The translations under genes and the position numbers were made by a program. This document shows, piece by piece, positions 38,703 through 53,787 of a stretch of DNA of 64,000 nucleotides. Source of the DNA: Eledone cirrhosa (taxonomy: Eukaryota); NCBI GenBank assembly GCA_964016885.1, contig OZ024754.1, forward strand, positions 13,516,001-13,580,000, in the 5' to 3' direction. The notes beneath the pieces were generated by a model. That model was not told the origin of the DNA, did no database searches, and saw nothing but the letters and a program-made list of their open reading frames with translations. Position 1 is the stretch's first letter. Each line of letters opens with the position of its first letter.

Positions 38703-39106
38703 CATCATCATCATCATAAAAAGGAAAAGAATCAATGCACCATGAACACAGAAGAGATACTGCTTGAAATAAGGGTGCACACCGGTAAAACAGAGAAATA
38801 TATTCATTCATGCTTAACAGATACACAAAGTCCTCCACGGGTGAAGGTTACTTTCGAGAAAATTCCTAACGAAGTGCATAACAATTTTTGTTTTTTAATT
38901 AGAACATACATATGTGTGTGTGTGTGTGTGTACGTGTGTGTGTGTGTGTATGTGTGTGTGTACATGTGTGTGTATGTGTATGTGTGTGTATGTTGTGGGT
39001 GTGTATGTGTGCGTATGTGTGTGTGTGTATGTGTGTATGTGTGTGTATGTGTGTATGTGTGTGTCTACGTGTGTGTGTGTGTTTGCGTGCGTGTGTGCGT
39101 GTGTGT

Positions 39107-39164
<58 letters not shown>

Positions 39165-39363
39165 GTATGTATATATATAACAAAAAAGTGTGGTAAGGAA
39201 CCAGTTGGACCATAACGCACCAGAGTACTCAATACTTAGGGTAGTAGAGTGGGTAATAAGGTAAGGGTTAGGGTTAGGATTAGGGTTACGTTACAGTACG
39301 GATCTAGTTGTCGAAACGGCCGGAGCTCAACCGTCGGGATCCTGACTCTTTTCCTATATATAT

Positions 39364-40502
39364 ATATTGTTATGCTTTGGGAGGGTCATGTTGCCAATAA
39401 GAAACACACGCACCAGTTACTTTCACTTCAATTTATTATAAATTAAATTTATAAATTTAGGAATTTATAAATTTAGGAATTTATAAATTTCCGGCTGGTT
39501 GGTTCCACAACCAGACGATTGTTCATATATTGTCAAAGTTCTTTCGTCACACATTCTGTAACCTCTTCAGTGACTGGGGATTCTTTGTTTTTGTGCCTCT
39601 CCTTTGTTCTGTCCTACGCCATCTTGTTTTTGTGTGTGTTGTGTGCTTAGTTTGCGCATGTGTTACATCCGGGTGTCTGTGTGTGTTTATATTTGTTTAT
39701 TTATTTGTTTATTTACATGTTACTGGTTGGTTGTTTGTTCTATGTGTGTGTGTGTGTTTTCATTTTGTCCTTAATTGTAAGTTGTGATGTTGCTATTCCA
39801 TTCATGGTTGGAGTTCATTTATGTTTATTGCCTCTGTGATTTGTCTAAACATTGCGTCTTTTCTGTGTGTAGATTCTATTTTTATTTCTATGTTCTCTAA
39901 TTTACCCTTATGTTCTATTTTAGCATGTTGGTGGAGTACAGATGATTCTTTACTATCTTGAAGCTCTCGCCAGTGTTCATTTATCCGTTCTCCTGTACTA
40001 CGAGCTGTCTCACCTATGTACACTATATTCTTATCTCTACATTGTCCTTCAGTACATCTTATGCTATATACTACATTTCTAGTTTTACAGTTAATATGGG
40101 GGCTTAGTTTACAGATTATACATTTCTTATCTATATAAACACACACAGACACCCGGATGTAACACATGCGCAAACTAAGCACACAACACACACAAAAACA
40201 AGATGGCGTAGGACAGAACAAAGGAGAGGCACAAAAACAAAGAAAAGAATCCCCAGTCATTGAAGAGGTCACAGAATGTGTGACGAAAGAACTTTGACAA
40301 TATATGATCAATCGTCTGGTTGTGGAACCAACCAACCGGAAATTTATAAATTCCTAAATTTATAAATTTAATTTATAATAAATTGAAGTGAAAGCAACTG
40401 GTGCGTGTGTTTCTTATTGGCAACATGACCCTCCCAAAGCATAACAATATCGGATTCAACACACGTTTTCAAATAAAGAATCTTGCTAAACAAATTCAGA
40501 AA

Positions 40503-40505
<3 letters not shown>
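39364..40505 (-). mobile_element. Second Penelope-like fragment (GIY-YIG) with inverted ~325-bp pLTR
   Basis: Arms 39364-39692 and 40133-40450; the spacer encodes C..C.....NC.TRNVVYSIRC...VYIGETARS..ER..EH...RQITEA (39802-40130, minus); TA flanks. Confidence 0.85.
39532..39574 (-). ncRNA. Minimal hammerhead-like motif (inverted copy at 40255-40298 has core TTGAAGA)
   Basis: GTCA-CTGAAGA-GGTTACA-GAATG-TGTGAC-GAAA-GAAC-TT-TGAC; lies downstream of and sense to the GIY-YIG ORF. Confidence 0.6.
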
Positions 40506-40533
<28 letters not shown>

Positions 40534-40537
<4 letters not shown>

Positions 40538-41136
40538 CACCAGTTGGTGCTACTGGTAACATGTATTCCAGTACAACCTGTCCCATGGTCGGGTCGTTGG
40601 CGACTAAACTGGCAACCCCACCAAGGTTTCTTGGTGAGGAGGGTGACTTTGGACATCCTGCAGGACTAAAAACAAAGCCTGCCAAAGGGCAAAGGAGCTC
40701 TTAATGGTCAATGTCCATCCAAAATCACCGGGAGAGATTACCCCTTAGCCTTTGTCAAGGCAGAATTCTAGGAGAAGGAAAACTCTGATATAACACCTGC
40801 AACCCTGATGGTATCCAATGATGTTGACTTGTTCTTCTTTTTGGTAAATATCATCTTGGTTAAGAGAGTGGGACTGGCTTTGTGCAATGCCTTTTCTCAC
40901 TATAAAAGCTTCACGGCACAGGCATTGCTTTATAGCTGGAGATCTCTCTGCACTTGTCGTCACATGGTACCATGGGCCCAGCACTATGTATCAACAATTG
41001 TCACAAGCGTACTGTTTGTACCAGAGTTTTCAAGTCGCTGGCTGGACTAAAAAGTCACAATCGTTCAGCGCATCGGTAAGGGTTCTCCTACATGGATATA
41101 AAGTAGTGGCCGTACTCGAAAACGAGTTGGCAGCCA

Positions 41137-41140
<4 letters not shown>
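40534..41140 (+). mobile_element. ~600-bp non-autonomous repeat (RTE-5'-like), most complete copy, inside (TA)n
   Basis: Paralogs at 1230-1640 (-) and 24100-24740; contains CCTTAGCCTTTGTCAAGGCAGAATTCTAGGAGAAGGAAAACTCTGA. Confidence 0.7.
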
Positions 41141-41195
<55 letters not shown>

Positions 41196-41299
41196 ATATG
41201 CGGTTTATTGAATACACGCGTGCTTTTTCTCAAATATTGTTTCCGTTTTTGTCCTCTTTTCACTCTCTATCTTTCTGTTTCATCTTATGTTTTTCTTTC

Positions 41300-41337
41300 T
41301 ATCTCCTGATGAAGGACTATTGTCCGAAATATCAAGA
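41300..41337 (+). ncRNA. Minimal hammerhead motif in a pLTR-like remnant (~41195-41420)
   Basis: CTGATGA 41306-41312, stem II GGAC-TATT-GTCC, GAAA 41326-41329, TA-TC; stem I weak. Confidence 0.55.
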
Positions 41338-41520
41338 CGCTTTTCCTACTGTATCGAGCATTAAACTAACACATTTCTTCATTGTACTGTGTCGTTTGAT
41401 TTGTTATTTCTGTTTACCTTTTGCATACATACACAAACCCACACATTTATATATATATATACATATATATATATATACACACATATAGATATAGATATTT
41501 ATCTATATATAAATATATAT

Positions 41521-42576
41521 ATGGTAGTGGTAACAGTGGTGGTAGTGATAGTGGAGATGGTAGTGGTGGTAGTGGTGGTAGTGGTGGTAGTGGTGGTAGT
41601 GGTGGTAGTGATAGTGGAGATAGTAGTGGTGGTAGTGAGGTAGTGGTGGTAGTGGTGGTAGTGATGGTAGTGGTGGTAGTGATGGTAGTTATGGTAGTGG
41701 TGGTAGTGGTGGTAGTGGTGGTAGTGGTGGTAGTTATGGTAGTGGTGGTAGTGGTGGTAGTGGTGGTAGTGGTGGTAGGGATGGTAGTGGTGGTAGTGGT
41801 GCTAGTGATAGTGGAGATGGTAGTGGTGGTAGTGGTGGTAGTGGTGGTAGTTATGGTAGTGATGGTAGTGGTGGTAGTGGTGGTAGTGGTGGTAGTGGTG
41901 GTAGTGGTGGTAATAGTGGTAGTGGTGGTAGTGGTGGTAGTGGTGGTAGTGGTGGTAGTGGTGGTAGTTATGGTAGTGATGGTAGTGGTGGTAGTGGTGG
42001 TAGTGGTGGTAGTGGTGGTAGTGGTGGTAATGGTGGTAGTGGTGGTAGTGGTGGTAGTGGTGGTAGTTGTGGTAGTTATGGTAGTGGTGGTAGTGGTGGT
42101 AGTGATGGTAGGGATGGTAGTGGTGGTAGTGGTGGTAGTTATGGTAGTGGTGGTAGTTATGGTAGTGATGGTAGTGGTGGTAGTGATGGTAGTGGTGGTA
42201 GTTATGGTAGTGGTGGTAGTGGTGGTAGTGGTGGTAGTGGTGGTAGTTATGGTAGTGGTGGTAGTGGTGGTAGTGGTGGTAGTGGTGGTAGTGATGGTAG
42301 TGGTGGTAGTGGTGGTAGTGGTGGTAGTGGTAGTAGTGGTGGTAGTGATGGTAGTGGTGGTAGTGGTGGTAGTGGTGGTAGTGGTGGTAGTGATGGTAGT
42401 GGTGGTAGTGGTGGTAGTGGTGGTAGTGGTGGTAGTGATGGTAGTGGTGGTAGTGGTGGTAGTGATGGTAGTGGTGGTAGTGGTGGTAGTGGTGGTAGTG
42501 GTGGTAGTGGTGGTAGTGATGGTAGTTGTGGTAGTGGTGGTAGGGATGGTAGTGGTGGTAGTGGTGGTAGTGGTGG
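41521..42576. repeat. 9-bp tandem array (GTGGTGGTA)n
   Basis: Direct. Confidence 0.92.
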
Positions 42577-42778
42577 TCGTCATGGTGCTTTTGTCGGCAA
42601 CGATAAGACTGGGTAGAGGCGAAGTGGCTCATTATGAAGTGAAGAAGAAGAGGAGGAAGAGGGGGAGGAGAAGGGGGTGGTGGTGGTGTTGTGGTGGTGG
42701 TGTTGGTGGTGGTAGAGGAGGAGAAGATGGTAGAGAAGGATGATGACGATGATGATGACGATGATGATGATGATTATC

Positions 42779-42826
<48 letters not shown>

Positions 42827-43032
42827 CTGAGGAGGAGGGGAAGGAGGAGGATTACGATGATACGCACTCTTGAACTGGATTCACGGATGCGTAACGAAGT
42901 GTTTCTTAATCAGTATGCTGTGGTTCCAATGAGAAATGCCATCTATCGATCTATCGATCAAGCAGAAGAAAATGCAATTAGAAGAAATCACCTTCTTTCT
43001 TTTTCATATTGTTCGTTATTTATTTCATCCAG

Positions 43033-44390
43033 CATCATCATCATCATAAACATCACCATCATAAACATCATCATCATAAACATCATCATCATAAACATCA
43101 TCATCATAAACATCATTATCATAAACATCATCATCATAAACATCATCATCATAAACATCATCATCATAAACATCATTATCATAAACATCATTATCATAAA
43201 CATCATCATCACAAACATCATTATCATAAACATCATCATCATAAACATCATTATCATGAACATCACCATCATAAACATCATCATCATAAACATCATCATC
43301 ATAAACATCATTATCATAAACATCATTATCATAAACATCACCATCATAAACATCACCATCATAAACATCATTATCATAAACATCATTATCATAAACATCA
43401 TTATCATATACATCATTATCATAAACATCATTATCATAAACATCATTATCATAAACATCATTATCATATACATCATTATCATATACATCATTATCATAAA
43501 CATCATTATCATAAACATCATTATCATAAACATCATTATCATAAACATCACCATCATAAACATCACCATCATAAACATCATTATCATAAACATCATTATC
43601 ATAAACATCACCATCATAAACATCACCATCATAAACATCACTATCATAAACATCATTATCATAAACATCACCATCATAAACATCATTATCATAAACATCA
43701 TTATCATAAACATCACCATCATAAACATCACCATCATAAACATCATTATCATAAACATCATTATCATAAACATCATTATCATAAACATCATTATCATATA
43801 CATCATTATCATAAACATCATTATCATAAACATCATCATCATAAACATCATTATCATAAACATCACCATCATATACATCATTATCATAAACATCATCATC
43901 ATAAACATCATCATCATAAACATCATTATCATAAACATCATTATCATAAACATCATTATCATAAACATCATTATCATAAACATCATTATCATAAACATCA
44001 CCATCATAAACATCATTATCATAAACATCATTATCATAAACATCATCATCATAAACATCATCATCATAAACATCATTATCATAAACATCATTATCATAAA
44101 CATCACCATCATAAACATCATTATCATAAACATCATTATCATAAACATCATCATCATAAACATCATCATCATAAACATCATCATCATAAACATCATTATC
44201 ATAAACATCATTATCATAAACATCATTATCATAAACATCACCATCATAAACATCATTATCATAAACAGCACCATCATATACATCATTATCATAAACATCA
44301 TTATCATAAACATCATTATCATAAACATCATTATCATAAACATCACCATCATAAACATCATTATCATAAACACCATCATCATCATCATCG
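43033..44390. repeat. 15-bp minisatellite (CATCATTATCATAAA)n, ~90 units
   Basis: Direct; the poly-HHYHK, IIINI and MMFMI ORFs are artefacts. Confidence 0.95.
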
Positions 44391-44728
44391 TCATCATCAT
44401 CGTCATCATCATAATCTTAAGCATCATTATCGTCACCATAATTATATACATTATCATCATTATCATTACCATCATCATCATCATAATCATCATCACCACC
44501 ACCATCATCATTATCATCACCACCACCATTGTCATCATCATCATCATTATCATCATCATCATTATCACCACCACCACCATTATCATCATCATCATCACCA
44601 GGATCCTCATCAGTCATTATCGTTATTATTGGATATCGAACACTCCAAATATCAAAGCTGATTTGAAAGACATTTTTTTTTCTAGACTATTTGTTGTATT
44701 TTAATGTCGTTGTTGTTGTTGTTGTTGC

Positions 44729-44783
<55 letters not shown>

Positions 44784-44946
44784 GGTCTTCTTCTTCTTCT
44801 TCTTCTTCTTCTTCTTCTTCTTCTTCTTCTTCTTCTTCTCAGAGCACCAGACACCATGCTTTGCACCATAGAGTTATTGTCCTTTACCTTCTGAGTTCAA
44901 ATTCCGCCGACGATAGCTTTGCCTTTCATCCTTACAGAAGGGGGTC

Positions 44947-45728
<782 letters not shown>

Positions 45729-45984
45729 CAGAAGATCCCGTTAAGGGTGAAAGCAGCGATTCTTTGCTTAAACTTTAATCTGTTATTTTAATAAATGTAT
45801 ATATATATATTAATAAATATATATATATATATATATTATTTGCTAAACCTTGATTATATATGTTCTGGCTCATTAAATTATTAACCTGCCATTGAACCAC
45901 ATTGGCATATGGTTGGACAATACATGTGTCCCTTAGCGCCTTGAGCGTGTAGGAACACATATCCTATTATTACTATTCTCCTCT

Positions 45985-46450
<466 letters not shown>

Positions 46451-46463
46451 TTAATATAGATGA

Positions 46464-46512
46464 GATTCTACAGGACTAGAACTGTTTCATTCTTTAGAAA
46501 TCATCAGGAATC
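46464..46512 (-). ncRNA. Type I hammerhead, same family as 1868-1926
   Basis: GATTC-CTGATGA-TTTCTAAAGAAT-GAAA-CAGTTCTAGTCCTG-TA-GAATC. Confidence 0.75.
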
Positions 46513-46557
46513 CTGCCTTCGGATTTTCACTTTGATATATATATATATATATATATA

Positions 46558-47324
46558 TATCAAAGTGAAAATCCGAAGGCAAGGTAAAATTTCCAATCAT
46601 TTTAATCACGACACATGTTTCAATAAGAGACAGATCGATCGTGAAGCCATGATCAATTATCACTGTTCTCATCAGGTGAAAATAAATTGGCTTCAAATTC
46701 TTGATATGAGGGAGAAAATTAGCGATGTTCACTCACAGAGATTATTCCCTCATATGAAGATCAAGCAGTCAGAACACAGCGACTGCTATCAACTTCAGTT
46801 AAGGTCATAAAACTATCAAGTTTCTATATCCCAATACCTGCAAAAGACGCTGGACATCAATCAAATCTGTAGAAATACAGTCGGTCACAGTTAATGTGAG
46901 TGGGTACACACACACTCAACACCCACACACACCGACTCGAGGTCAACTGAAGTTGATGGCAGTCGCCGTATTTTGACTGCTTGATCTTCATATGAGGGAA
47001 TAAACTCTGTGAGTGAACATCGCTAATTTTCTCCCTCATATCAAGAATTTGAAGACAATTCATTTTCACCTGATGAGATCAGTGATAATTGATCATGGCT
47101 TCACGATCGATCTGTCTCTTATAGAAACATGTGTCGTGATTAAAATGATTGGAAATTTTACCTTGCCCTCGGATTTTCACTTTGATACTAATACTCCGTT
47201 TTCCATCATCTAGCTGTTCCCTTGAATGGAATTGGAGATATACTAAAGCGTGGAGAACTTAATATTGCTAACAAAAATTTATTGGACCGTTTTACACAAC
47301 CAATAATACACCTTACTATATAAC

Positions 47325-47330
<6 letters not shown>
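46558..47330 (+). mobile_element. Inverted-repeat pLTR-like element (arms 46558-46800 and 46945-47187), each arm with an extended-stem-II hammerhead
   Basis: Plus copy 47061-47147: CATTTTCAC-CTGATGA(47070)...GAAA(47124)-CATGTG-TC-GTGATTAAAATG; minus copy 46598-46683; TA flanks. Confidence 0.78.
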
Positions 47331-47382
<52 letters not shown>

Positions 47383-47508
47383 ATAATAATAAATTTGAAG
47401 ACTAAAATCCAAAGAGGGCTCGATAAGGATAAATATATATCAAATATATATATTAAGCAGCGATTCTTTGCTTAAACTTTAATCTGTTATTTTAATAAAT
47501 ACATATAA

Positions 47509-47539
<31 letters not shown>

Positions 47540-48879
47540 CATATATGGGAATTGTCATTTTACCAATAAGAAATACACGCATTCTGTGACCTCCTCAATA
47601 ACTATTTGTTCTTCTTCTCTCTGTCTCCTCATTTTAGCGGTCTTTTACACCATTTTGACTTGACTTCGTAATATTTCTTCAGTCGTTTTATCTTCATAGT
47701 TGAAATCCCACAGAGGTCAATTTTGCCTTTCATCCTTTCGAAGTAGATGAAATAAAATACCTATCATGTACTGGGGTTGATATAATAGAGTTTTCCTTCT
47801 CTTAAGCAGCTCACCTTGTGCTAAAATTTGAATTATCTCTTTTGTTTTTGTTTTTGTTTTTATTTTATTTCGTTCACTTTCTCTATTTTCTTTCCTCTAC
47901 TTTACAAACACCGAAATCTTCTTCATTACTTTTATTTTTTCCGGTCTTTCCTTCCTCTCACCCTTCTCTTCATCTTCTATACCTTTCTCTTTCTTTCCTT
48001 CGGTCTCCCCTTCCTACTCCTCTTCCTTCTTCTTCTTCTCCTCCTCCTTCTTCTTCTTCTTCTTCTTTTCCTTCTTCTTCTTCTTCTTCTTTTCCTTCTT
48101 CTTCTTCTTCTTCTTCTTCTTCTTCTTCTTCTTCATTATCATCATCATCTTCTCCTCCTCCTCTCTCTCCTCCCCCTCCTCCTCCCATATATGATAGCCC
48201 ATTAAATTCTCGTTAAGAACGATGCAAGTTCTTCAATCCAAAACATTTTTTTTTTTTTTAAGTAAAAACAACAGCCACTACTTATGATTACATAATAGAA
48301 AGCTGGTGTTTTTGTGTCTTTTATTTTGTGTATGGCCGGCGAGGAAAGCTATGGTTTTTATGTAGTTTTTCGCAAGTATTTTCCGTTTGGTTTGTTTATT
48401 TTTATTTATAGTTTTAATGGAGGTTTTTTGCTTTGAGTATATTTTCTTGATTTTATTATCTGGAAGATGAGGTACTTTGTGTGGGTAGTAAGGGTGGCGG
48501 AGGCTATCTCCGGGGATGTTATTAAAAGTTTCAAAGATTCTTTGAATATATTTTTTGTTGTTGTTGTTGTTGTTGTTCTGTTTATTATGTAATGTGTAGA
48601 GAAAGAAGAAGAAGAAGAAGAAGAAGAAGAAGAAGAAGAAGAAGAAGAAGAAGAAGAAGAAGAAGAAGAAGAAGAAGAATGTTGATGATGAGGATTTCTT
48701 TTAACAATAAAATATAGTTACACCACACACAAGGAGGACGAGGCCTGATGCAAATAGAAAATTATTATAAAACAGCATTAGTTGGACTATCAAAATACTT
48801 AAAAGTATATATATATATATATATATATAGTAAAGAAATGAGAAGAAAAAAAAGCAAAACTCTATAAAAACTAAAAGTT

Positions 48880-49160
48880 AACTACCAGGAAATATCTGGC
48901 ATTGAGAAGAAGAGAAGAAGAGAAAATTTGAAGAGCAAAACAATTAAAATGGAATTTCAAAATATACTGAAAAAGAAATAAAAAGAAAATAACACTCCGC
49001 GGTCAATAACTGGCAATGGTCAAGAAATTGCAATGGTCGAAAGAATTGAAGTAAACCAGGGTGACATTTAACAATGGCTCTTGAACTCAGGACTAAAGAC
49101 ATTAACAGAAGAATTGATTCATGCTGTACTAGACCAATGTTTGTCTACAAACAATAACAA
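48880..49160 (+). pseudogene. Very decayed Dong/R4-like fragment
   Basis: QWLLNSGLK..TEELIHAVLDQCLSTNN resembles the WL..GLK.ETEGLI.AAQDQ.L.T motif of R4/Dong proteins. Confidence 0.45.
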
Positions 49161-49349
49161 CTATAAATTTATACACGGTAAATAAAATGAAGTACCAGTA
49201 ATATATCTGGATCTTTATAGACGACATTCTCCTCCCCCCAATATTTGCTGGCCTTGTGCCAAAATGTGACAGAAGTTCTGTATTGGAGTCGATTCACCCT
49301 CCATATATCTTTCTCAATTCCACTCTATCATTACCTCCCCTTGTCTTAA

Positions 49350-49567
49350 TGGTTTCTCATATAGGCACAAGGACAGCAATTTTGGTGGAGGGGAAAGTCG
49401 ATTAAATCGACCCCAGTGCGTGACTGGTACTTTATTTTATCGACCCCGTAAGGTTGAAAGGCAAAGTTAACCTCGGCGGGATTTGAACTCAGACCGTAAA
49501 GGGCCGTAACTCTATGCTGCAAAGCATGGCGTCCGACCCTTTACCAATACTGCCAATCCACCGCCCT
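49350..49567 (-). mobile_element. Full-length tRNA-derived SINE
   Basis: A/B boxes and core on the minus strand. Confidence 0.85.
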
Positions 49568-50364
49568 TAATGAAATCGGCTGGAGAGAGGATGGACTGTT
49601 CCAAGTGTAAAATGCGCAAGAGACGTATGTCACCACCACGCTCTTGTGACTCAATCAAGAATTACTGGCCCATATATAATCCATAACAGGGCTCACAATA
49701 CAACATACTGTCTATACAAAGGGTGAGTTCAACAATAACAATACTATTTATGTGTAGAACATAACAATGCGTCTTGCCACCATTCCGACACGCGACATAA
49801 GTATTTTCTCGTGATGTACATCAATTGTGACGGACACAACATAAGACAGATAGACGTGTTCTACACGAAAATATTATGTCCATTATAACATAATAGCATT
49901 ATATTCAGGAAGAAGGTAATTATGGCGTAATTATAGCAAAAATATGTTTACCACAAACGCCAGACATGTATTAGAAATAAATCAAATGTGAGAGATAAAA
50001 TGAAAATAGAAAATCAAAAACAAAATGTTAACTCAATGAAAAACAAGACAATTTTAGTTATTATAACTTCGATTATGTTGCTTCTAAGACATGTTATTTT
50101 CACAGCTCATACACTATTTCACACAACGTACAATGCCTTACATAATATCGGTAGATATGTAATACAAGGCACTGTCTTTTCTTAATAATTACTTGAAGCA
50201 AATATCTATAAAAGAAAATAGAGTTATTGAATTTCTATTCCCAGTAAGTGTTTACATTTTTATGGGAAATGTAACTTGGTAGAAATTGTTTCATATGTAC
50301 TAACTCGCCTGCTGCTTCTCTAATAGCTCTTACATAAACTCTCGGTATCTTTCACACACACACA

Positions 50365-50405
<41 letters not shown>

Positions 50406-50906
50406 AACACACACACATATATATATTCATTTTATTAAGGATAAATAGTAAGTCTTGTTACTTGGAGGTTTTCGCCAGCTATCACTGGGTCACAAGACGA
50501 GGACAGCAAATATACCACATACATCACTCTCTCTTTCTATGTATATATATATTTGTGTGTGTGTGTGTGTGTGTGTGTGTAATTGTAACGCAACCGTTCG
50601 GCATTTGTAGCTACGAGTCTCTAGAGGTTACTCTGTCTCTAGAGGTTTCTGTCTAATTTGTTCGACTACTTTATAGTAAAACCTGCTCTAGAAGAAGACA
50701 CGGTTTATATACAACGACGTCCCTCCGACTTTATTTACAGTTACGGGTCCATATGTACATAATTTAGGAAATCCCCATTTGGTTTCTAACTGAAGTATTT
50801 ACGAAGATAATTGTTAATTAGATATATTTATTTGAAGGAACATTCTAAGTTTTTTAAATGGTGGTAGTGGTTAAACTGAGAATTGTTTGCGCATTGTATA
50901 AATAAT

Positions 50907-51093
50907 TGTTTCTACTTTTTGGCACAAGGCCAGCAATTAACCAGTGTATTACTAGTACTTTATTTTATCGACCCCGTAAGGATGAAAGGCAAAGTTAACC
51001 TCGGCGGGATTTGAACTCAGAATGGCAAGGGCCGTAACTCTATGCGTCAAAGCATGGCGTCCGACCCTCTACCGATACTGCTAACCCACCGCC
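50907..51093 (-). mobile_element. Full-length SINE with 15-bp TSD
   Basis: CATTGTATAAATAAT at 50892-50906 and 51094-51108. Confidence 0.9.
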
Positions 51094-51544
51094 CATTGTA
51101 TAAATAATAGTGCTGGGGGGTTTTTTAAATTCAGCAAAACTATGTCAGAATATTTGTTGAATATTTGTAAACATATGTAAATATCCATTCAGTCAGCTCC
51201 ATTGTAAATATTTTATTCATATTTCCCTTTAATGTTTGTAATTTCCATTCTTATATTTAAATACAGCACTATATTCAAATATAGCATTACATTCAAGTAT
51301 CTAAATATACAATTATATTTTATGACTATTATATTTTAATACAGTTTTATATTTTAATACAGTTTTATATTTTAATACAGTTTTATATTTTAATACAGTT
51401 TTATATTTTAATACAGTTTTATATCTTAATACAGTATTATACTTTAATAATTGGTACAATATGTTGTGTATGACTTTAATAAAATATTTTCCATGCTTCA
51501 TTATATATTTTTGCAAATCGTTCTAATTATTATAAGTCTTTAGA

Positions 51545-51760
51545 GAGCTGTGGATTGACTGAGTTGGTAGAGCGTCGGACAAAATGCTGTGCGGCATAGA
51601 GTTACGGGCCTTTACGTTCTGAGTTCAAATCCAGTCAAGGTTAACTTTGCCTTTCATCCTTACGGGGTCGATAAAATAAAGTACCGATAACGCACTGCGA
51701 TAAATTTAATCGACTTTCTCCTCCCCTAAAACTGTTGGCCCGGTGGCTAAATCGGAACCT
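51545..51760 (+). mobile_element. tRNA-derived SINE
   Basis: B-box GAGTTCAAATCC and core. Confidence 0.8.
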
Positions 51761-52019
51761 ATTATAAGTATTTAGGTATTTAATGCTGGTTTTAGAGAAT
51801 ATATTTTGTTTACCAGGCACTTTTACTCCCGTTGAAATAGTATAAATGATGAATAAGATGTAGTTTCAAGAAATGAATGAGTCAGCAGTAAAAAGAGAAT
51901 GTTGTACTATAAACTCTATATTGACTTGAGCTGCAGTGAGTTCCTTGAAAAAATACAATTAATGATTATTTTAAAGAAAGTTCGTGAAATGCAATAATTA
52001 CTGGAACTGATACAATAGC

Positions 52020-52185
52020 TGTTTCTACTTTTGGCACAAGGCCAGTAATTTTCCCAGCGTATTACTGGTACTTTATTTTATCGACCCCTGAAAAGATGAA
52101 AGACAAAGTTAACTAAGATCTTTCAGAGTTGAGTGTCTCTGGGATGGCGCCACACAATCTAGAGTTGAAAAACCAATGTTTTATT

Positions 52186-52232
<47 letters not shown>

Positions 52233-52475
52233 TTTTGATAGAATAAAGCCTGTTTTCCATCTTTTGAAAACAGGGTTTATTTATTTCTACTGTTGCTCTA
52301 TGTTCTAGCAAAAGTATCCTTATTGTAGCCTTATTAGTGCCATTAATATAATTCTTTTTAGCACTGGCACAAGGCCAGCAATTTTCCCAGCGTATTACTG
52401 GTACTTTATTTTATCGACCCCTGTAAAGATGAAAGACAAAGTTAACTAAGATCTTTCAGAGTTGAGTGTCTCTGA
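52020..52475 (-). repeat. Duplicated SINE-tail + flank segment (52033-52141 and 52365-52474)
   Basis: Both copies continue into GTTAACTAAGATCTTTCAGAGTTGAGTGTCTCTG. Confidence 0.7.
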
Positions 52476-52899
52476 GATTCATGCCAAGATGCGTTACATA
52501 ACGTTTCAGATAAATCCGAAAAGGGAAAGATGTCGAGTTTAAAATGGTTGACAGAGATTGATTGTTCATTAATTTCTCCAACTGAGAAGGATGCGACTTC
52601 CATCCATTCGTGGAGAATTCTGGAAGGTTTTACAAGGTCCTACAATGTAAATATCGAATATTTATCTTTATTATCAAATTATTGGGTATAATTTCTTCTA
52701 TCATATGACTCTTGTTCAAGCACATATATATGTGTGTTTGTGTATGTCTGAGTGTGTCTGTGTGTTTATGTACCTATCAACAAATATGTATGTGCGTGTG
52801 CGTAAGTGCGTGTGTGTATGCATATATAAATATCGATATACATTACTTTTATATATATGTGTATATATATATATATATATGTGCGTGTACTCTCCCCAC

Positions 52900-52983
<84 letters not shown>

Positions 52984-53419
52984 TGTGTAACTCATTCCTG
53001 GTTCTAAAAAGCAGTAACTTTGACAGATAAGAAAAGAAAATTTAGTAAATAAATTCTGAAAATTCGCCAAAGCAAAACAAAGATTATCTTGTCAAACTTT
53101 AGATTATAGAGAAAAATAACTAAAAAAAAAATGTTCTCAAATAATAATTTATTGTTAAAGGATTGTTTAATTTCGTCTTTACAATTTATTTTATGGAAAA
53201 TAACTTTACGCTAACATAACATACTTAGTTATGACATAATACATTTCAGTATTGTTATATGAGGAAACGAATGTCATACATTGGCATATTCTTGTTATTG
53301 TTGTCATATCCCCCATCTAACATACGACAGTCGACTGAAAACTTCATAGACTCAAAAGTTCAGAAGCTCAAAAGTTCAATGCTCAAAAGTTCAGGCTACT
53401 TCATATCTCCAAGGTACAG

Positions 53420-53787
53420 CTCTGTTGAAATCTCCTGAAGTTCAGCTTGTTAAGTCCTTGGCTACCAGTCTGTACTGTTGAAATAACTAGACGCTCAGCT
53501 TGCTAGGTCCTTGGCTACCAGTCTGTACTGTTGAAATAACTAGACGCTCAGCTTGCTAGGTCCTTGGCTACCAGACTGTACTGTTGAAATAAATAGAAGG
53601 CTCATCTTACTAAGTCCTTGGCTACCAGACTGTACTGTTGAAATAAATAGCAGGCTCAGCTCGCTAGATCTTTGGCTACCAGTCTGTACTGTTGAAATAA
53701 GTAGACGCTCAGCTCGCTAGGTCTTTGGCTATTAGTCTTTGTCGAAATTTCTGGAAGTTCAGCTTACTAAGTCCAGTCTGTACTGTG
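53420..53787. repeat. 53-bp minisatellite, ~7 units
   Basis: CTGTACTGTTGAAATAACTAGACGCTCAGCTTGCTAGGTCCTTGGCTACCAGT at 53470, 53523, 53576, ... Confidence 0.9.

Noticed and set aside
39261-39288. Telomere or interstitial telomeric array
   Set aside because: Only about four imperfect TTAGGG units, probably part of a small repeat.
43009-44661. His-rich metal-binding protein (HHYHK)n
   Set aside because: Several frames are open simply because the 15-bp unit lacks stops in them; no splice or unique coding context.
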